The translations under genes were made by a program, and so were the position numbers. Positions 28,429 through 42,652 of a DNA stretch of 64,000 bases are shown here, in pieces. Each line of letters begins with the position of its first letter. The first letter of the stretch is position 1. Source of the stretch: the human T2T-CHM13v2.0 reference genome, Homo sapiens; NCBI RefSeq assembly GCF_009914755.1, contig NC_060948.1, one strand, 5' to 3'. The notes under the pieces are model-generated. The model worked only from the letters and a program-made list of their open reading frames with translations. It did no database searches and was not told the origin of the DNA.

Positions 28429-31400
28429 GAAAGGACTCGAATGGAAATCACTCGAATAGAATGCAATTTAATAAAATAGGATCAAATGTAATGGAATGGA
28501 ATGGAAAGGAATCGAAACGAAAGGAATGGAGACAGATGGAATGGAATGGAACAGAGAGCAATGGTATAGAATGGAATGGAATAATCTGGAATGGAATTGA
28601 ATGGAATGGAATAATATGAAATGGAATGGAATGGAATGGAATGGAATGGAATGGAATGCCCTTGAATTAAATGGACTGGAATGGAATGGACTCGAACAGA
28701 GTGGAATGGAAAGTGTTGAGATAGAATGCAATGGACTCCTTCGGAATGGTCTAGTATGCAATGCAATCGACTGGCAGGGAATCAAAAGGAATGTAATCGA
28801 ATGGATTGGACTGGAATGCAGTGGACTCGAATAGATTGGAAACGGAATGCAAAGGAATGGAATGGAATAGTATGGAATGGAATGGAAAGGAATGGAGTGG
28901 AATAGACTAGAGTGGAATGGAATGGACTGGAAAGCAATGGACTGGAATGGAACTTTCTTGAATGGACTGGAATCAAACGGAATGGAATGCAATGCAATCA
29001 AATGGCATGGAATAAAATAGAATGAAAGAGAATCAAATGGAATTGAATCGAATGGAATCGAATGGATTGGAAAGGAATAGAATGGAATGGAATGGACTAG
29101 AATGGAATGGATTCGAATGGAAGGCAAAGGAATGGAATCTATTGGAATGGACTGTAATGGAATGGAATGGAAGGGATTGGAATGGACTCGAATGGAATGG
29201 ACTGCAATAGAAAGGATTCGAATGGAATGAAAAAGAATTGAATGGAATAGAACAGAATGGAATCAAATCGAATGAAATGGAATGGAATAGAAAGGAATGG
29301 AATGAAATGGAATGGAAAGGATTCGAATGGAATGCAATCGAATGGAATGGAATCGAACGGAATGGAATAAAATGGAAGAAAACTGGCAAGAAATGGAATC
29401 GAAATGAATGGAGTGTTATGGAACGGACTCAAAAGGAATTGAATGTAATAGAATGGAGTGGAGTGGACTCGAATATAATGGACTGGAATGGAATGAAATC
29501 ACATGGAATGGGAACGAATGGAATGGAATGGAAAGGAATGGAATCGAATGGAAAGGAATCGAATGGAAGGGAATGAAATTGAATCAACAGGAATGGAAGG
29601 GAATAGAATAGACGGTAATGGAATGGACTCGAATAGAATGGACACGAATGCTCAAATTGAATGGACTCCAATGGAATGGAAACGAAAGGAATGTCATCGA
29701 ATAGAATTGAATCGACTGGAATGAAATCGCAAGAATGGAGTGGCATCAAATGGAATTGAATCGAAAGGAAAGGAAGCGAATGGACTGAAATGAAATGGAA
29801 TGGAATTGAATGGAAAGTAATGCAATGGAATAGAATGGAATGAAATTTCACGGAATGGAATCAAACTGAAAGGAATCAAATCAATGGAATCTAATCAAAT
29901 GGAATGGAAAGGATTTGAATGGAGTAGATTGGATTGGATGGGATTGGAGTGAAATGTACTGGAAAGGACTCGAATTTCATGAAACGGAATGGAATGAATT
30001 GGAACGGAATGGACTCGAATGGAATGGAATGTCATGGAATGGCATCAAATGGAATGGCATCAAATGGAATGGAATCGAATGCAATGGAATGCTATGGAAT
30101 GGAATGGAATGCATTGGAATGGAATGTCCTCTAATGGAATGGATTCGAGTGGAATGGAATCGAATATAATGGAGTCGAATGAAATGGAATTGAAAGGAAT
30201 GGGATCGAATACAATGGAATATGCTGGAATGTAATGTAATGAACTCGAATGTAATTGACTGGAATGGAATGTACATGAATGGAATGTAATCGAATGGAAA
30301 GTAATCCAATGGAATAGAACCTAATGCAATAAAATCGACTCAGATAGAGTAGAATATAATGGAATGGAGTGCAGTACAATGGAATGGAATGGAATGCAAT
30401 GGAATGGAATGGAATGGAATGGAATGGAATGGAACGGAATGGGATGGAATGGGATGGAATGGTATGGAATGGATAGTAATGGACTGGAGTGAAATGGACT
30501 GGAAAGGAATGGACTCAAATTGAAAGGGCTCGAAAGGAATGGAGTCAAATGGAATGGTCTGGAATGGAATGAACAGGAATGTAATGCAATCCAATAGAAT
30601 GGAATCGAATGGCATGGAATATAAAGAAATGGAATCGAAGAGAATGGAAACAAATGGAATGGAATTGAATGGAATGGAATTGAATGGAATGGGAACGAAT
30701 GGAGTGAAATTGTATGCAGTAGAAGGGAATAGAATGGAATGCAAGCGAAAGGAAAGGAATGGATTGGAATGGAATGGAATTCATTGGAATGGAAGGGAAT
30801 GTAGTGTAATGGACAGGCCTGGAATAAAGTGGAATGCTACGGTCTCGAATGGAATAAAAATGTATGGAATGGAATGCAGTGAAACGGAATCGAATGTCAT
30901 AGAATGTAATGGAATGCAAAAAAATGGAATCCAAAATCATTGACTGGAAAGGCTGGGTGTCGAAAGGAATTGACTCCAATGGAATGGAATCGAATGGAAT
31001 GGAAGTGAATAGAATCGAACTAAATCGAATGGAATGGAATTGATAGGAACGGAATGGAAAGGAATGCAATGAATTGGCATGGAATGGAATCGAATGGCAT
31101 CGAATGGAATGGAATGGAATGCAATGGAATGGAATGTATTAGAATGTAATGAACTTTAATGGAATGTACTCGAATGGATTCGACTGGAATGGAATGTTCT
31201 GGAAGTGAATGGACTCCAATGGAATGGATTCAAAAGGAATGGAATCGTACGGAATGGAATCTAATGGAATGGAATTAAATGGAAATGAATCAAATTGAAT
31301 AGCACGGAATTGAATTGAATGAAATGGAATGCAATGGAATCTAATGAAACGGAAAGGAAAGGAATGGAATGGAATGGAATGGGCTGGAATGGAAAGGAAT

Positions 31401-31986
31401 CGAAACGAATGGAATGGAATCGAACTGAAGAGACTGGAATGGAATGCACTGGAATGGAAGGGAGTGTAATGGAAGGTTCTCGAAAAAAATGGAATCGAAT
31501 GGAATGGAATTGAATGGAACGGAATAGAGTCGAATGGAATTGAATGGAATGGAATGGAGTAGAGTGAAATGGAATCGAACCACAAGGAATGGACAGGAAT
31601 AGAATGGTCTCGAATTGAATGGAATCGTATGGAATGGCATCAAACGGAATGGAATGGACAGCCACGGAATGGAATGCACTCGAATGCAATGGAGTCGAAA
31701 CTAATGGACTGGAATAGAATGGACTCGACTGGTACGGACTCCAATGGAATGGAATCGAATGGAAGGGAATCGAACGGAATGGACTCGAAGGGAAAAGACT
31801 GCAATGGAAAGGTCTCGAATGGAATGGAAATTAATGGAATGGAATGGAATCGAATGAAATGGAGTCAAAAGGAATGGAATCGAATGGCAAGAAATCGAAT
31901 GTAATGGAATCGCAAGGAATTGATGTGAACGGAACGGAATGGAATGGAATCCAAAGGAATGGAATAGAATGGAATGGAATCGAATG
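28429..31986 (+). repeat. DYZ1 unit 9 (3,558 bp)
   Basis: Phase marker at 28429 and 31987. Confidence 0.9.
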
Positions 31987-34900
31987 GAAAGGACTCGAAT
32001 GGAAATCACTCGAATAGAATGCAATTTAATAAAATAGGATCAAATGTAATGTAATGGAATGGAAAGGAATCGAAACGAAAGGAATGGAGACAGATGGAAT
32101 GGAAGGAACAGAGAGCAATGGTATAGAATGGAATGGAATCATCTGGAATGGAATTGAATGGAATGGAATAATATGAAATGGAATGGAATGGAATGGAATG
32201 GAATGCCCTTGAATTAAATGGACTGGAATGGAATGGACTCGAACAGAGTGGAATGGAAAGTGTTGAGATAGAATGGAATGGACTCCTTTGGAATGGTGTA
32301 GTATGCAATGCAATCGACTGGCAGGGAATCAAAAGGAATGTAATGGAATGGATTGGACTGGAATGCAATGGACTCGAATAGATTGGAAACGGAATGCAAA
32401 GGAATGGAATGGAATAGTATGGAATGGAATGGAAAGGAATGGAGTGGAATAGACTAGAGTGGAATGGAATGGACTGGAAAGCAATGGACTGGAATGGAAC
32501 TTTCTTGAATGGACTGGAATCAAACGGAATGGAATGCAATGCAATCAAATGGCATGGAATAAAATAGAATGAAAGAGAATCAAATGGAATTGAATCGAAT
32601 GGAATCGAATGGATTGGAAAGGAATAGAATGGAATGGAATGGAATTGACTCAAATGGAATGGACTAGAATGGAATGGATTCGAATGGAAGGCAAAGGAAT
32701 GGAATCTATTGGAATGGACTGTAATGGAATGGAATGGAAGGGATTGGAATGGACTCGAATGGAATGGACTGCAATAGAAAGGATTCGAATGGAATGAAAA
32801 AGAATTGAATGGAATAGAACAGAATGGAATCAAATCGAATGAAATGGAATGGAATAGAAAGGAATGGAATGAAATGGAATGGAAAGGATTCGAATGGAAT
32901 GCAATCGAATGGAATGGAATCGAACGGAATGGAATAAAATGGAAGAAAACTGGCAAGAAATGGAATCGAAATGAATGGAGTGTTATGGAACGGACTCAAA
33001 AGGAATTGAATGTAATAGAATGGAGTGGAGTGGACTCGAATATAATGGACTGGAATGGAATGAAATCACAAGGAATGGGAACGAATGGAATGGAATGGAA
33101 AGGAATGGAATCGAATGGAAAGGAATCGAATGGAAGGGAATGAAATTGAATCAACAGGAATGGAAGGGAATAGAATAGACGGTAATGGAATGGACTCGAA
33201 TAGAATGGACACGAATGCTCAAATTGAATGGACTCGAATGGAATGGAAACGAAAGGAATGTCATCGAATGGAATTGAATGGATTGGAATGAAATCGCATA
33301 GAATGGAGTGGAATCAAATGGAATTGAATCGAAAGGAAAGGAAGCGAATGGACTGAAATGAAATGGAATGGAATTGAATGGAAAGTAATGCAATGGAATA
33401 GAATGGAACGAAATTTCACGGAATGGAATCAAACTGAATGGAATCAAATCAATGGAATCAAATCAAATGGAATGGAAAGGAATTGAATGGAGTAGATTGG
33501 ATTGGATGGGATTGGAATGAAATTTACTGGAAAGGACTCGAATTTCATGAAACGGAATGGAATGAATTGGAACGGAATGGACTCGAATGGAATGGAATGT
33601 CATGGAATGGCATCAAATGGAATGGCATCAAATGGAATGGAATCGAATGCAATGGAATGCTATGGAATGGAATGGAATGCATTGGAATGGAATGTCCTCT
33701 AATGGAATGGATTCGAGTGGAATGGAATCGAATATAATGGAGTCGAATGAAATGGAATTGAAAGGAGTGGGATCGAATACAATGGAATATACTGGAATGT
33801 AATGTAATGAACTCGAATGTAATTGACTGGAATGGAATGTACATGAATGGAATGTAATCGAATGGAAAGTAATCCAATGGAATAGAATCTAATGCAATAA
33901 AATCGACTCAGATAGAGTAGAATGTAATGGAATGGAGTGCAGTGCAATGGAAAGGAATGGAATGGAATGCAATGGAATGGAATGGAATGGAATGGAATGG
34001 GATGGAATGGGATGGAATGGATAGTAATGGACTGGAGTGAAATGGACTGGAAAGGAATGGACTCAAATTGAAAGGGCTCGAAAGGAATGGAGTCAAATGG
34101 AATGGTCTGGAATGGAATGAACACGAATGTAATGCAATCCAATAGAATGGAATCGAATGGCATGGAATATAAAGAAATGGAATCGAAGAGAATGGAAACA
34201 AATGGAATGGAATTGAATGGAATGGAATTGAATGGAATGGGAACGAATGGAGTGAAATTGTATGCAGTAGAAGGGAATAGAATGGAATGCAAGCGAAAGG
34301 AAAGGAATGGATTGGAATGGAATGGAATTCATTGGAATGGAAGGGAATGTAGTGTAATGGACAGGCCTGGAATAAAGTGGAATGCTACGGTCTCGAATGG
34401 AATAAAAATGTATGGAATGGAATGCAATGAAACGGAATCGAATGTCATAGAATGTAATGGAATGCAAAAAAATGGAATCCAAAATCATTGACTGGAAAGG
34501 CTGGGTGTCGAAAGGAATTGACTCCAATGGTATGGAATCGAATGGAATGGAAGTGAATAGAATCGAACTAAATCGAATGGAATGGAATTGATAGGAACGG
34601 AATGGAAAGGAATGCAATGAATTGGCATGGAATGGAATCGAATGGCATCGAATGGAATGGAATGGAATGCAATGGAATGGAATGTATTAGAATGTAATGA
34701 ACTTTAATGGAATGTACTCGAATGGATTCGACTGGAATGGAATGTTCTGGAAGTGAATGGACTCCAATGGAATGGATTCAAAAGGAATGGAATCGTACGG
34801 AATGGAATCTAATGGAATGGAATTAAATGGAAATGAATCAAATTGAATAGCACGGAATTGAATTGAATGGAATGGAATGCAATGGAATCTAATGAAACGG

Positions 34901-35534
34901 AAAGGAAAGGAATGGAATGGAATGGAATGGGCTGGAATGGAAAGGAATCGAAACGAATGGAATGGAATCGAACTGAAGAGACTGGAATGGAATGCACTGG
35001 AATGGAAGGGAGTGTAATGGAAGGTTCTCGAAAAAAATGGAATCGAATGGAATGGAATTGAATGGAACGGAATAGAGTCGAATGGAATTGAATGGAATGG
35101 AATGGAGTAGAGTGAAATGGAATCGAACCACAAGGAATGGACAGGAATAGAATGGTCTCGAATTGAATGGAATCGTATGGAATGGCATCAAACGGAATGG
35201 AATGGACAGCCACGGAATGGAATGCACTCGAATGCAATGGAGTCGAAACTAATGGACTGGAATAGAATGGACTCGACTGGTACGGACTCCAATGGAATGG
35301 AATCGAATGGAAGGGAATCGAACGGAATGGACTCGAAGGGAAAAGACTGCAATGGAAAGGTCTCGAATGGAATGGAAATTAATGGAATGGAATGGAATCG
35401 AATGAAATGGAGTCAAAAGGAATGGAATCGAATGGCAAGAAATCGAATGTAATGGAATCGCAAGGAATTGATGTGAACGGAACGGAATGGAATGGAATCC
35501 AAAGGAATGGAATAGAATGGAATGGAATCGAATG
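31987..35534 (+). repeat. DYZ1 unit 10 (3,548 bp; 1-bp deletion near 32104)
   Basis: ORF-track offsets 32006 and 35554. Confidence 0.9.
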
Positions 35535-38500
35535 GAAAGGACTCGAATGGAAATCACTCGAATAGAATGCAATTTAATAAAATAGGATCAAATGTAATGG
35601 AATGGAATGGAAAGGAATCGAAACGAAAGGAATGGAGACAGATGGAATGGAATGGAACAGAGAGCAATGGTATAGAATGGAATGGAATCATCTGGAATGG
35701 AATTGAATGGAATGGAATAATATGAAATGGAATGGAATGGAATGGAATGGAATGCCCTTGAATTAAATGGACTGGAATGGAATGGACTCGAACAGAGTGG
35801 AATGGAAAGTGTTGAGATAGAATGGAATGGACTCCTTTGGAATGGTGTAGTATGCAATGCAATCGACTGGCAGGGAATCAAAAGGAATGTAATGGAATGG
35901 ATTGGACTGGAATGCAATGGACTCGAATAGATTGGAAACGGAATGCAAAGGAATGGAATGGAATAGTATGGAATGGAATGGAAAGGAATGGAGTGGAATA
36001 GACTAGAGTGGAATGGAATGGACTGGAAAGCAATGGACTGGAATGGAACTTTCTTGAATGGACTGGAATCAAACGGAATGGAATGCAATGCAATCAAATG
36101 GCATGGAATAAAATAGAATGAAAGAGAATCAAATGGAATTGAATCGAATGGAATCGAATGGATTGGAAAGGAATAGAATGGAATGGAATGGAATTGACTC
36201 AAATGGAATGGACTAGAATGGAATGGATTCGAATGGAAGGCAAAGGAATGGAATCTATTGGAATGGACTGTAATGGAATGGAATGGAAGGGATTGGAATG
36301 GACTCGAATGGAATGGACTGCAATAGAAAGGATTCGAATGGAATGAAAAAGAATTGAATGGAATAGAACAGAATGGAATCAAATCGAATGAAATGGAATG
36401 GAATAGAAAGGAATGGAATGAAATGGAATGGAAAGGATTCGAATGGAATGCAATCGAATGGAATGGAATCGAACGGAATGGAATAAAATGGAAGAAAACT
36501 GGCAAGAAATGGAATCGAAATGAATGGAGTGTTATGGAACGGACTCAAAAGGAATTGAATGTAATAGAATGGAGTGGAGTGGACTCGAATATAATGGACT
36601 GGAATGGAATGAAATCACAAGGAATGGGAACGAATGGAATGGAATGGAAAAGAATGGAATCGAATGGAAAGGAATCGAATGGAAGGGAATGAAATTGAAT
36701 CAACAGGAATGGAAGGGAATAGAATAGACGGTAATGGAATGGACTCGAATAGAATGGACACGAATGCTCAAATCGAATGGACTCGAATGGAATGGAAACG
36801 AAAGGAATGTCATCGAATGGAATTGAATGGATTGGAATGAAATCGCATAGAATGGAGTGGAATCAAATGGAATTGAATCGAAAGGAAAGGAAGCGAATGG
36901 ACTGAAATGAAATGGAATGGAATTGAATGGAAAGTAATGCAATGGAATAGAATGGAACGAAATTTCACGGAATGGAATCAAACTGAATGGAATCAAATCA
37001 ATGGAATCAAATCAAATGGAATGGAAAGGAATTGAATGGAGTAGATTGGATTGGATGGGATTGGAATGAAATGTACTGGAAAGGACTCGAATTTCATGAA
37101 ACGGAATGGAATGAATTGGAACGGAATGGACTCGAATGGAATGGAATGTCATGGAATGGCATCAAATGGAATGGCATCAAATGGAATGGAATCGAATGCA
37201 ATGGAATGCTATGGAATGGAATGGAATGCATTGGAATGGAATGTCCTGTAATGGAATGGATTCGACTGGAATGGAATCGAATATAATGGAGTCGAATGAA
37301 ATGGAATTGAAAGGAATGGGATCGAATACAATGGAATATACTGGAATGTAATGTAATGAACTCGAATGTAATTGACTGGAATGGAATGTACATGAATGGA
37401 ATGTAATCGAATGGAAACTAATCCAATGGAATAGAATCTAATGCAATAAAATCGACTCAGATAGAGTAGAATGTAATGGAATGGAGTGCAGTGCAATGGA
37501 ATGGAATGGAATGGAATGCAATGGAATGGAATGGAATGGAATGGAATGGAATGGAATGGAATGGGATGGAATGGGATGGAATGGTATGGAATGGATAGTA
37601 ATGGACTGGAGTGAAATGGACTGGAAAGGAATGGACTCAAATTGAAAGGGCTCGAAAGGAATGGAGTCAAATGGAATGGTCTGGAATGGAATGAACACGA
37701 ATGTAATGCAATCCAATAGAATGGAATCGAATGGCATGGAATATAAAGAAATGGAATCGAAGAGAATGGAAACAAATGGAATGGAATTGAATGGAATGGG
37801 AACGAATGGAGTGAAATTGTATGCAGTAGAAGGGAATAGAATGGAATGCAAGCGAAAGGAAAGGAATGGATTGGAATGGAATGGAATTCATTGGAATGGA
37901 AGGGAATGTAGTGTAATGGACAGGCCTGGAATAAAGTGGAATGCTACGGTCTCGAATGGAATAAAAATGTATGGAATGGAATGCAATGAAACGGAATCGA
38001 ATGTCATAGAATGTAATGGAATGCAAAAAAATGGAATCCAAAATCATTGACTGGAAAGGCTGGGTGTCGAAAGGAATTGACTCCAATGGAATGGAATCGA
38101 ATGGAATGGAAGTGAATAGAATCGAACTAAATCGAATGGAATGGAATTGATAGGAACGGAATGGAAAGGAATGCAATGATTTGGCATGGAATGGAATCGA
38201 ATGGCATCGAATGGAATGGAATGGAATGCAATGGAATGGAATGTATTAGAATGTAATGAACTTTAATGGAATGTACTCGAATGGATTCGACTGGAATGGA
38301 ATGTTCTGGAAGTGAATGGACTCCAATGGAATGGATTCAAAAGGAATGGAATCGTACGGAATGGAATCTAATGGAATGGAATTAAATGGAAATGAATCAA
38401 ATTGAATAGCACGGAATTGAATTGAATGGAATGGAATGCAATGGAATCTAATGAAACGGAAAGGAAAGGAATGGAATGGAATGGAATGGGCTGGAATGGA

Positions 38501-39093
38501 AAGGAATCGAAACGAATGGAATGGAATCGAACTGAAGAGACTGGAATGGAATGCACTGGAATGGAAGGGAGTGTAATGGAAGGTTCTCGAAAAAAATGGA
38601 ATGGAATGGAATGGAATTGAATGGAACGGAATAGAGTCGAATGGAATTGAATGGAATGGAATGGACTAGAGTGAAATGGAATCGAACCACAAGGAATGGA
38701 CAGGAATAGAATGGTCTCGAATTGAATGGAATCGTATGGAATGGCATCAAACGGAATGGAATGGACAGCCACGGAATGGAATGCACTCGAATGCAATGGA
38801 GTCGAAACTAATGGACTGGAATAGAATGGACTCGACTGGTACGGACTCCAATGGAATGGAATCGAATGGAAGGGAATCGAACGGAATGGACTCGAAGGGA
38901 AAAGACTGCAATGGAAAGGTCTCGAATGGAATGGAAATTAATGGAATGGAATGGAATCGAATGAAATGGAGTCAAAAGGAATGGAATCGAATGGCAAGAA
39001 ATCGAATGTAATGGAATCGCAAGGAATTGATGTGAACGGAACGGAATGGAATGGAATCCAAAGGAATGGAATAGAATGGAATGGAATCGAATG
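35535..39093 (+). repeat. DYZ1 unit 11 (3,559 bp)
   Basis: ORF-track offsets 35522 and 39081. Confidence 0.9.
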
Positions 39094-42000
39094 GAAAGGA
39101 CTCGAATGGAAATCACTCGAATAGAATGCAATTAAATAAAATAGGATCAAATGTAATGGAATGGAATGGAAAGGAATCGAAACGAAAGGAATGGAGACAG
39201 ATGGAATGGAATGGAACAGAGAGCAATGGTATAGAATGGAATGGAATCATCTGGAATGGAATTGAATGGAATGGAATAATATGAAATGGAATGGAATGGA
39301 ATGGAATGGAATGCCCTTGAATTAAATGGACTGGAATGGAATGGACTCGAACAGAGTGGAATGGAAAGTGTTGAGATAGAATGGAATGGACTCCTTTGGA
39401 ATGGTGTAGTATGCAATGCAATCGACTGGCAGGGAATCAAAAGGAATGTAATGGAATGGATTGGACTGGAATGCAATGGACTCGAATAGATTGGAAACGG
39501 AATGCAAAGTTATGGAATGGAATAGTATGGAATGGAATGGAAAGGAATGGAGTGGAATAGACTAGAGTGGAATGGAATGGACTGGAAAGCAATGGACTGG
39601 AATGGAACTTTCTTGAATGGACTGGAATCAAACGGAATGGAATGCAGTGCAATCAAATGGCATGGAATAAAATAGAATGAAAGAGAATCAAATGGAATTG
39701 AATCGAATGGAATCGAATGGATTGGAAAGGAATAGAATGGAATGGAATGGAATGGACTCAAATGGAATGGACTAGAATGGAATGGATTCGAATGGAAGGC
39801 AAAGGAATGGAATCTATTGGAATGGACTGTAATGGAATGGAATGGAAGGGATTGGAATGGACTCGAATGGAATGGACTGCAATAGAAAGGATTCGAATGG
39901 AATGAAAAAGAATTGAATGGAATAGAACAGAATGGAATCAAATCGAATGAAATGGAATGGAATAGAAAGGAATGGAATGAAATGGAATGGAAAGGATTCG
40001 AATGGAATGCAATCGAATGGAATGGAATCGAACGGAATGGAATAAAATGGAAGAAAACTGGCAAGAAATGGAATCGAAATGAATGGAGTGTTATGGAACG
40101 GACTCAAAAGGAATTGAATGTAATAGAATGGAGTGGAGTGGACTCGAATATAATGGACTGGAATGGAATGAAATCACATGGAATGGGAACGAATGGAATG
40201 GAATGGAAAGGAATGGAATCGAATGGAAAGGAATCGAATGGAAGGGAATGAAATTGAATCAACAGGAATGGAAGGGAATAGAATAGACGGTAATGGAATG
40301 GACTCGAATAGAATGGACACGAATGCTGAAATTGAATGGACTCGAATGGAATGGAAACGAAAGGAATGTCATCGAATGGAATTGAATGGATTGGAATGAA
40401 ATCGCATAGAATGGAGTGGAATCAAATGGAATTGAATCGAAAGGAAAGGAAGCGAATGGACTGAAATGAAATGGAATGGAATTGAATGGAAAGTAATGCA
40501 ATGGAATAGAATGGAACGAAATTTCACGGAATGGAATCAAACTGAATGGAATCAAATCAATGGAATCAAATCAAATGGAATGGAAAGGAATTGAATGGAG
40601 TAGATTGGATTGGATGGGATTGGAATGAAATGTACTGGAAAGGACTCGAATTTCATGAAACGGAATGGAATGAATTGGAACGGAATGGACTCGAATGGAA
40701 TGGAATGTCATGGAATGGCATCAAATGGAATGGCATCAAATGGAATGGAATCGAATGCAATGGAATGCTATGGAATGGAATGGAATGCATTGGAATGGAA
40801 TGTCCTGTAATGGAATGGATTCGAGTGGAATGGAATCGAATATAATGGAGTCGAATGAAATGGAATTGAAAGGAGTGGGATCGAATACAATGGAATATAC
40901 TGGAATGTAATGTAATGAACTCGAATGTAAGTGACTGGAATGGAATGTACATGAATGGAATGTAATCGAATGGAAAGTAATCCAATGGAATAGAATCTAA
41001 TGCAATAAAACCGACTCAGATAGAGTAGAATGTAATGGAATGGAGTGCAGTGCAATGGAATGGAATGGAATGGAATGCAATGGAATGGAATGGAATGGAA
41101 TGGAATGGAATGGAATGGGATGGAATGGTATGGAATGGATAGTAATGGACTGGAGTGAAATGGACTGGAAAGGAATGGACTCAAATTGAAAGGGCTCGAA
41201 AGGAATGGAGTCAAATGGAATGGTCTGGAATGGAATGAACAGGAATGTAATGCAATCCAATAGAATGGAATCGAATGGCATGGAATATAAAGAAATGGAA
41301 TCGAAGAGAATGGAAACAAATGGAATGGAATTGAATGGAATGGAATTGAATGGAATGGGAACGAATGGAGTGAAATTGTATGCAGTAGAAGGGAATAGAA
41401 TGGAATGCAAGCGAAAGGAAAGGAATGGATTGGAATGGAATGGAATTCATTGGAATGGAAGGGAATGTAGTGTAATGGACAGGCCTGGAATAAAGTGGAA
41501 TGCTACGGTCTCGAATGGAATAAAAATGTATGGAATGGAATGCAATGAAACGGAATCGAATGTCATAGAATGTAATGGAATGCAAAAAAATGGAATCCAA
41601 AATCATTGACTGGAAAGGCTGGGTGTCGAAAGGAATTGACTCCAATGGAATGGAATCGAATGGAATGGAAGTGAATAGAATCGAACTAAATCGAATGGAA
41701 TGGAATTGATAGGAACGGAATGGAAAGGAATGCAATGATTTGGCATGGAATGGAATCGAATGGCATCGAATGGAATGGAATGGAATGCAATGGAATGGAA
41801 TGTATTAGAATGTAATGAACTTTAATGGAATGTACTCGAATGGATTCGACTGGAATGGAATGTTCTGGAAGTGAATGGACTCCAATGGAATGGATTCAAA
41901 AGGAATGGAATCGTACGGAATGGAATCTAATGGAATGGAATTAAATGGAAATGAATCAAATTGAATAGCACGGAATTGAATTGAATGGAATGGAATGCAA

Positions 42001-42652
42001 TGGAATCTAATGAAACGGAAAGGAAAGGAATGGAATGGAATGGAATGGGCTGGAATGGAAAGGAATCGAAACGAATGGAATGGAATCGAACTGAAGAGAC
42101 TGGAATGGAATGCACTGGAATGGAAGGGAGTGTAATGGAAGGTTCTCGAAAAAAATGGAATCGAATGGAATGGAATTGAATGGAACGGAATAGAGTCGAA
42201 TGGAATTGAATGGAATGGAATGGACTAGAGTGAAATGGAATCGAACCACAAGGAATGGACAGGAATAGAATGGTCTCGAATTGAATGGAATCGTATGGAA
42301 TGGCATCAAACGGAATGGAATGGACAGCCACGGAATGGAATGCACTCGAATGCAATGGAGTCGAAACTAATGGACTGGAATAGAATGGACTCGACTGGTA
42401 CGGACTCCAATGGAATGGAATCGAATGGAAGGGAATCGAACGGAATGGACTCGAAGGGAAAAGACTGCAATGGAAAGGTCTCGAAAGGAATGGAAATTAA
42501 TGGAATGGAATGGAATCGAATGAAATGGAGTCAAAAGGAATGGAATCGAATGGCAAGAAATCGAATGTAATGGAATCGCAAGGAATTGATGTGAACGGAA
42601 CGGAATGGAATGGAATCCAAAGGAATGGAATAGAATGGAATGGAATCGAATG
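39094..42652 (+). repeat. DYZ1 unit 12 (3,559 bp)
   Basis: ORF-track offsets 39081 and 42640. Confidence 0.9.
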
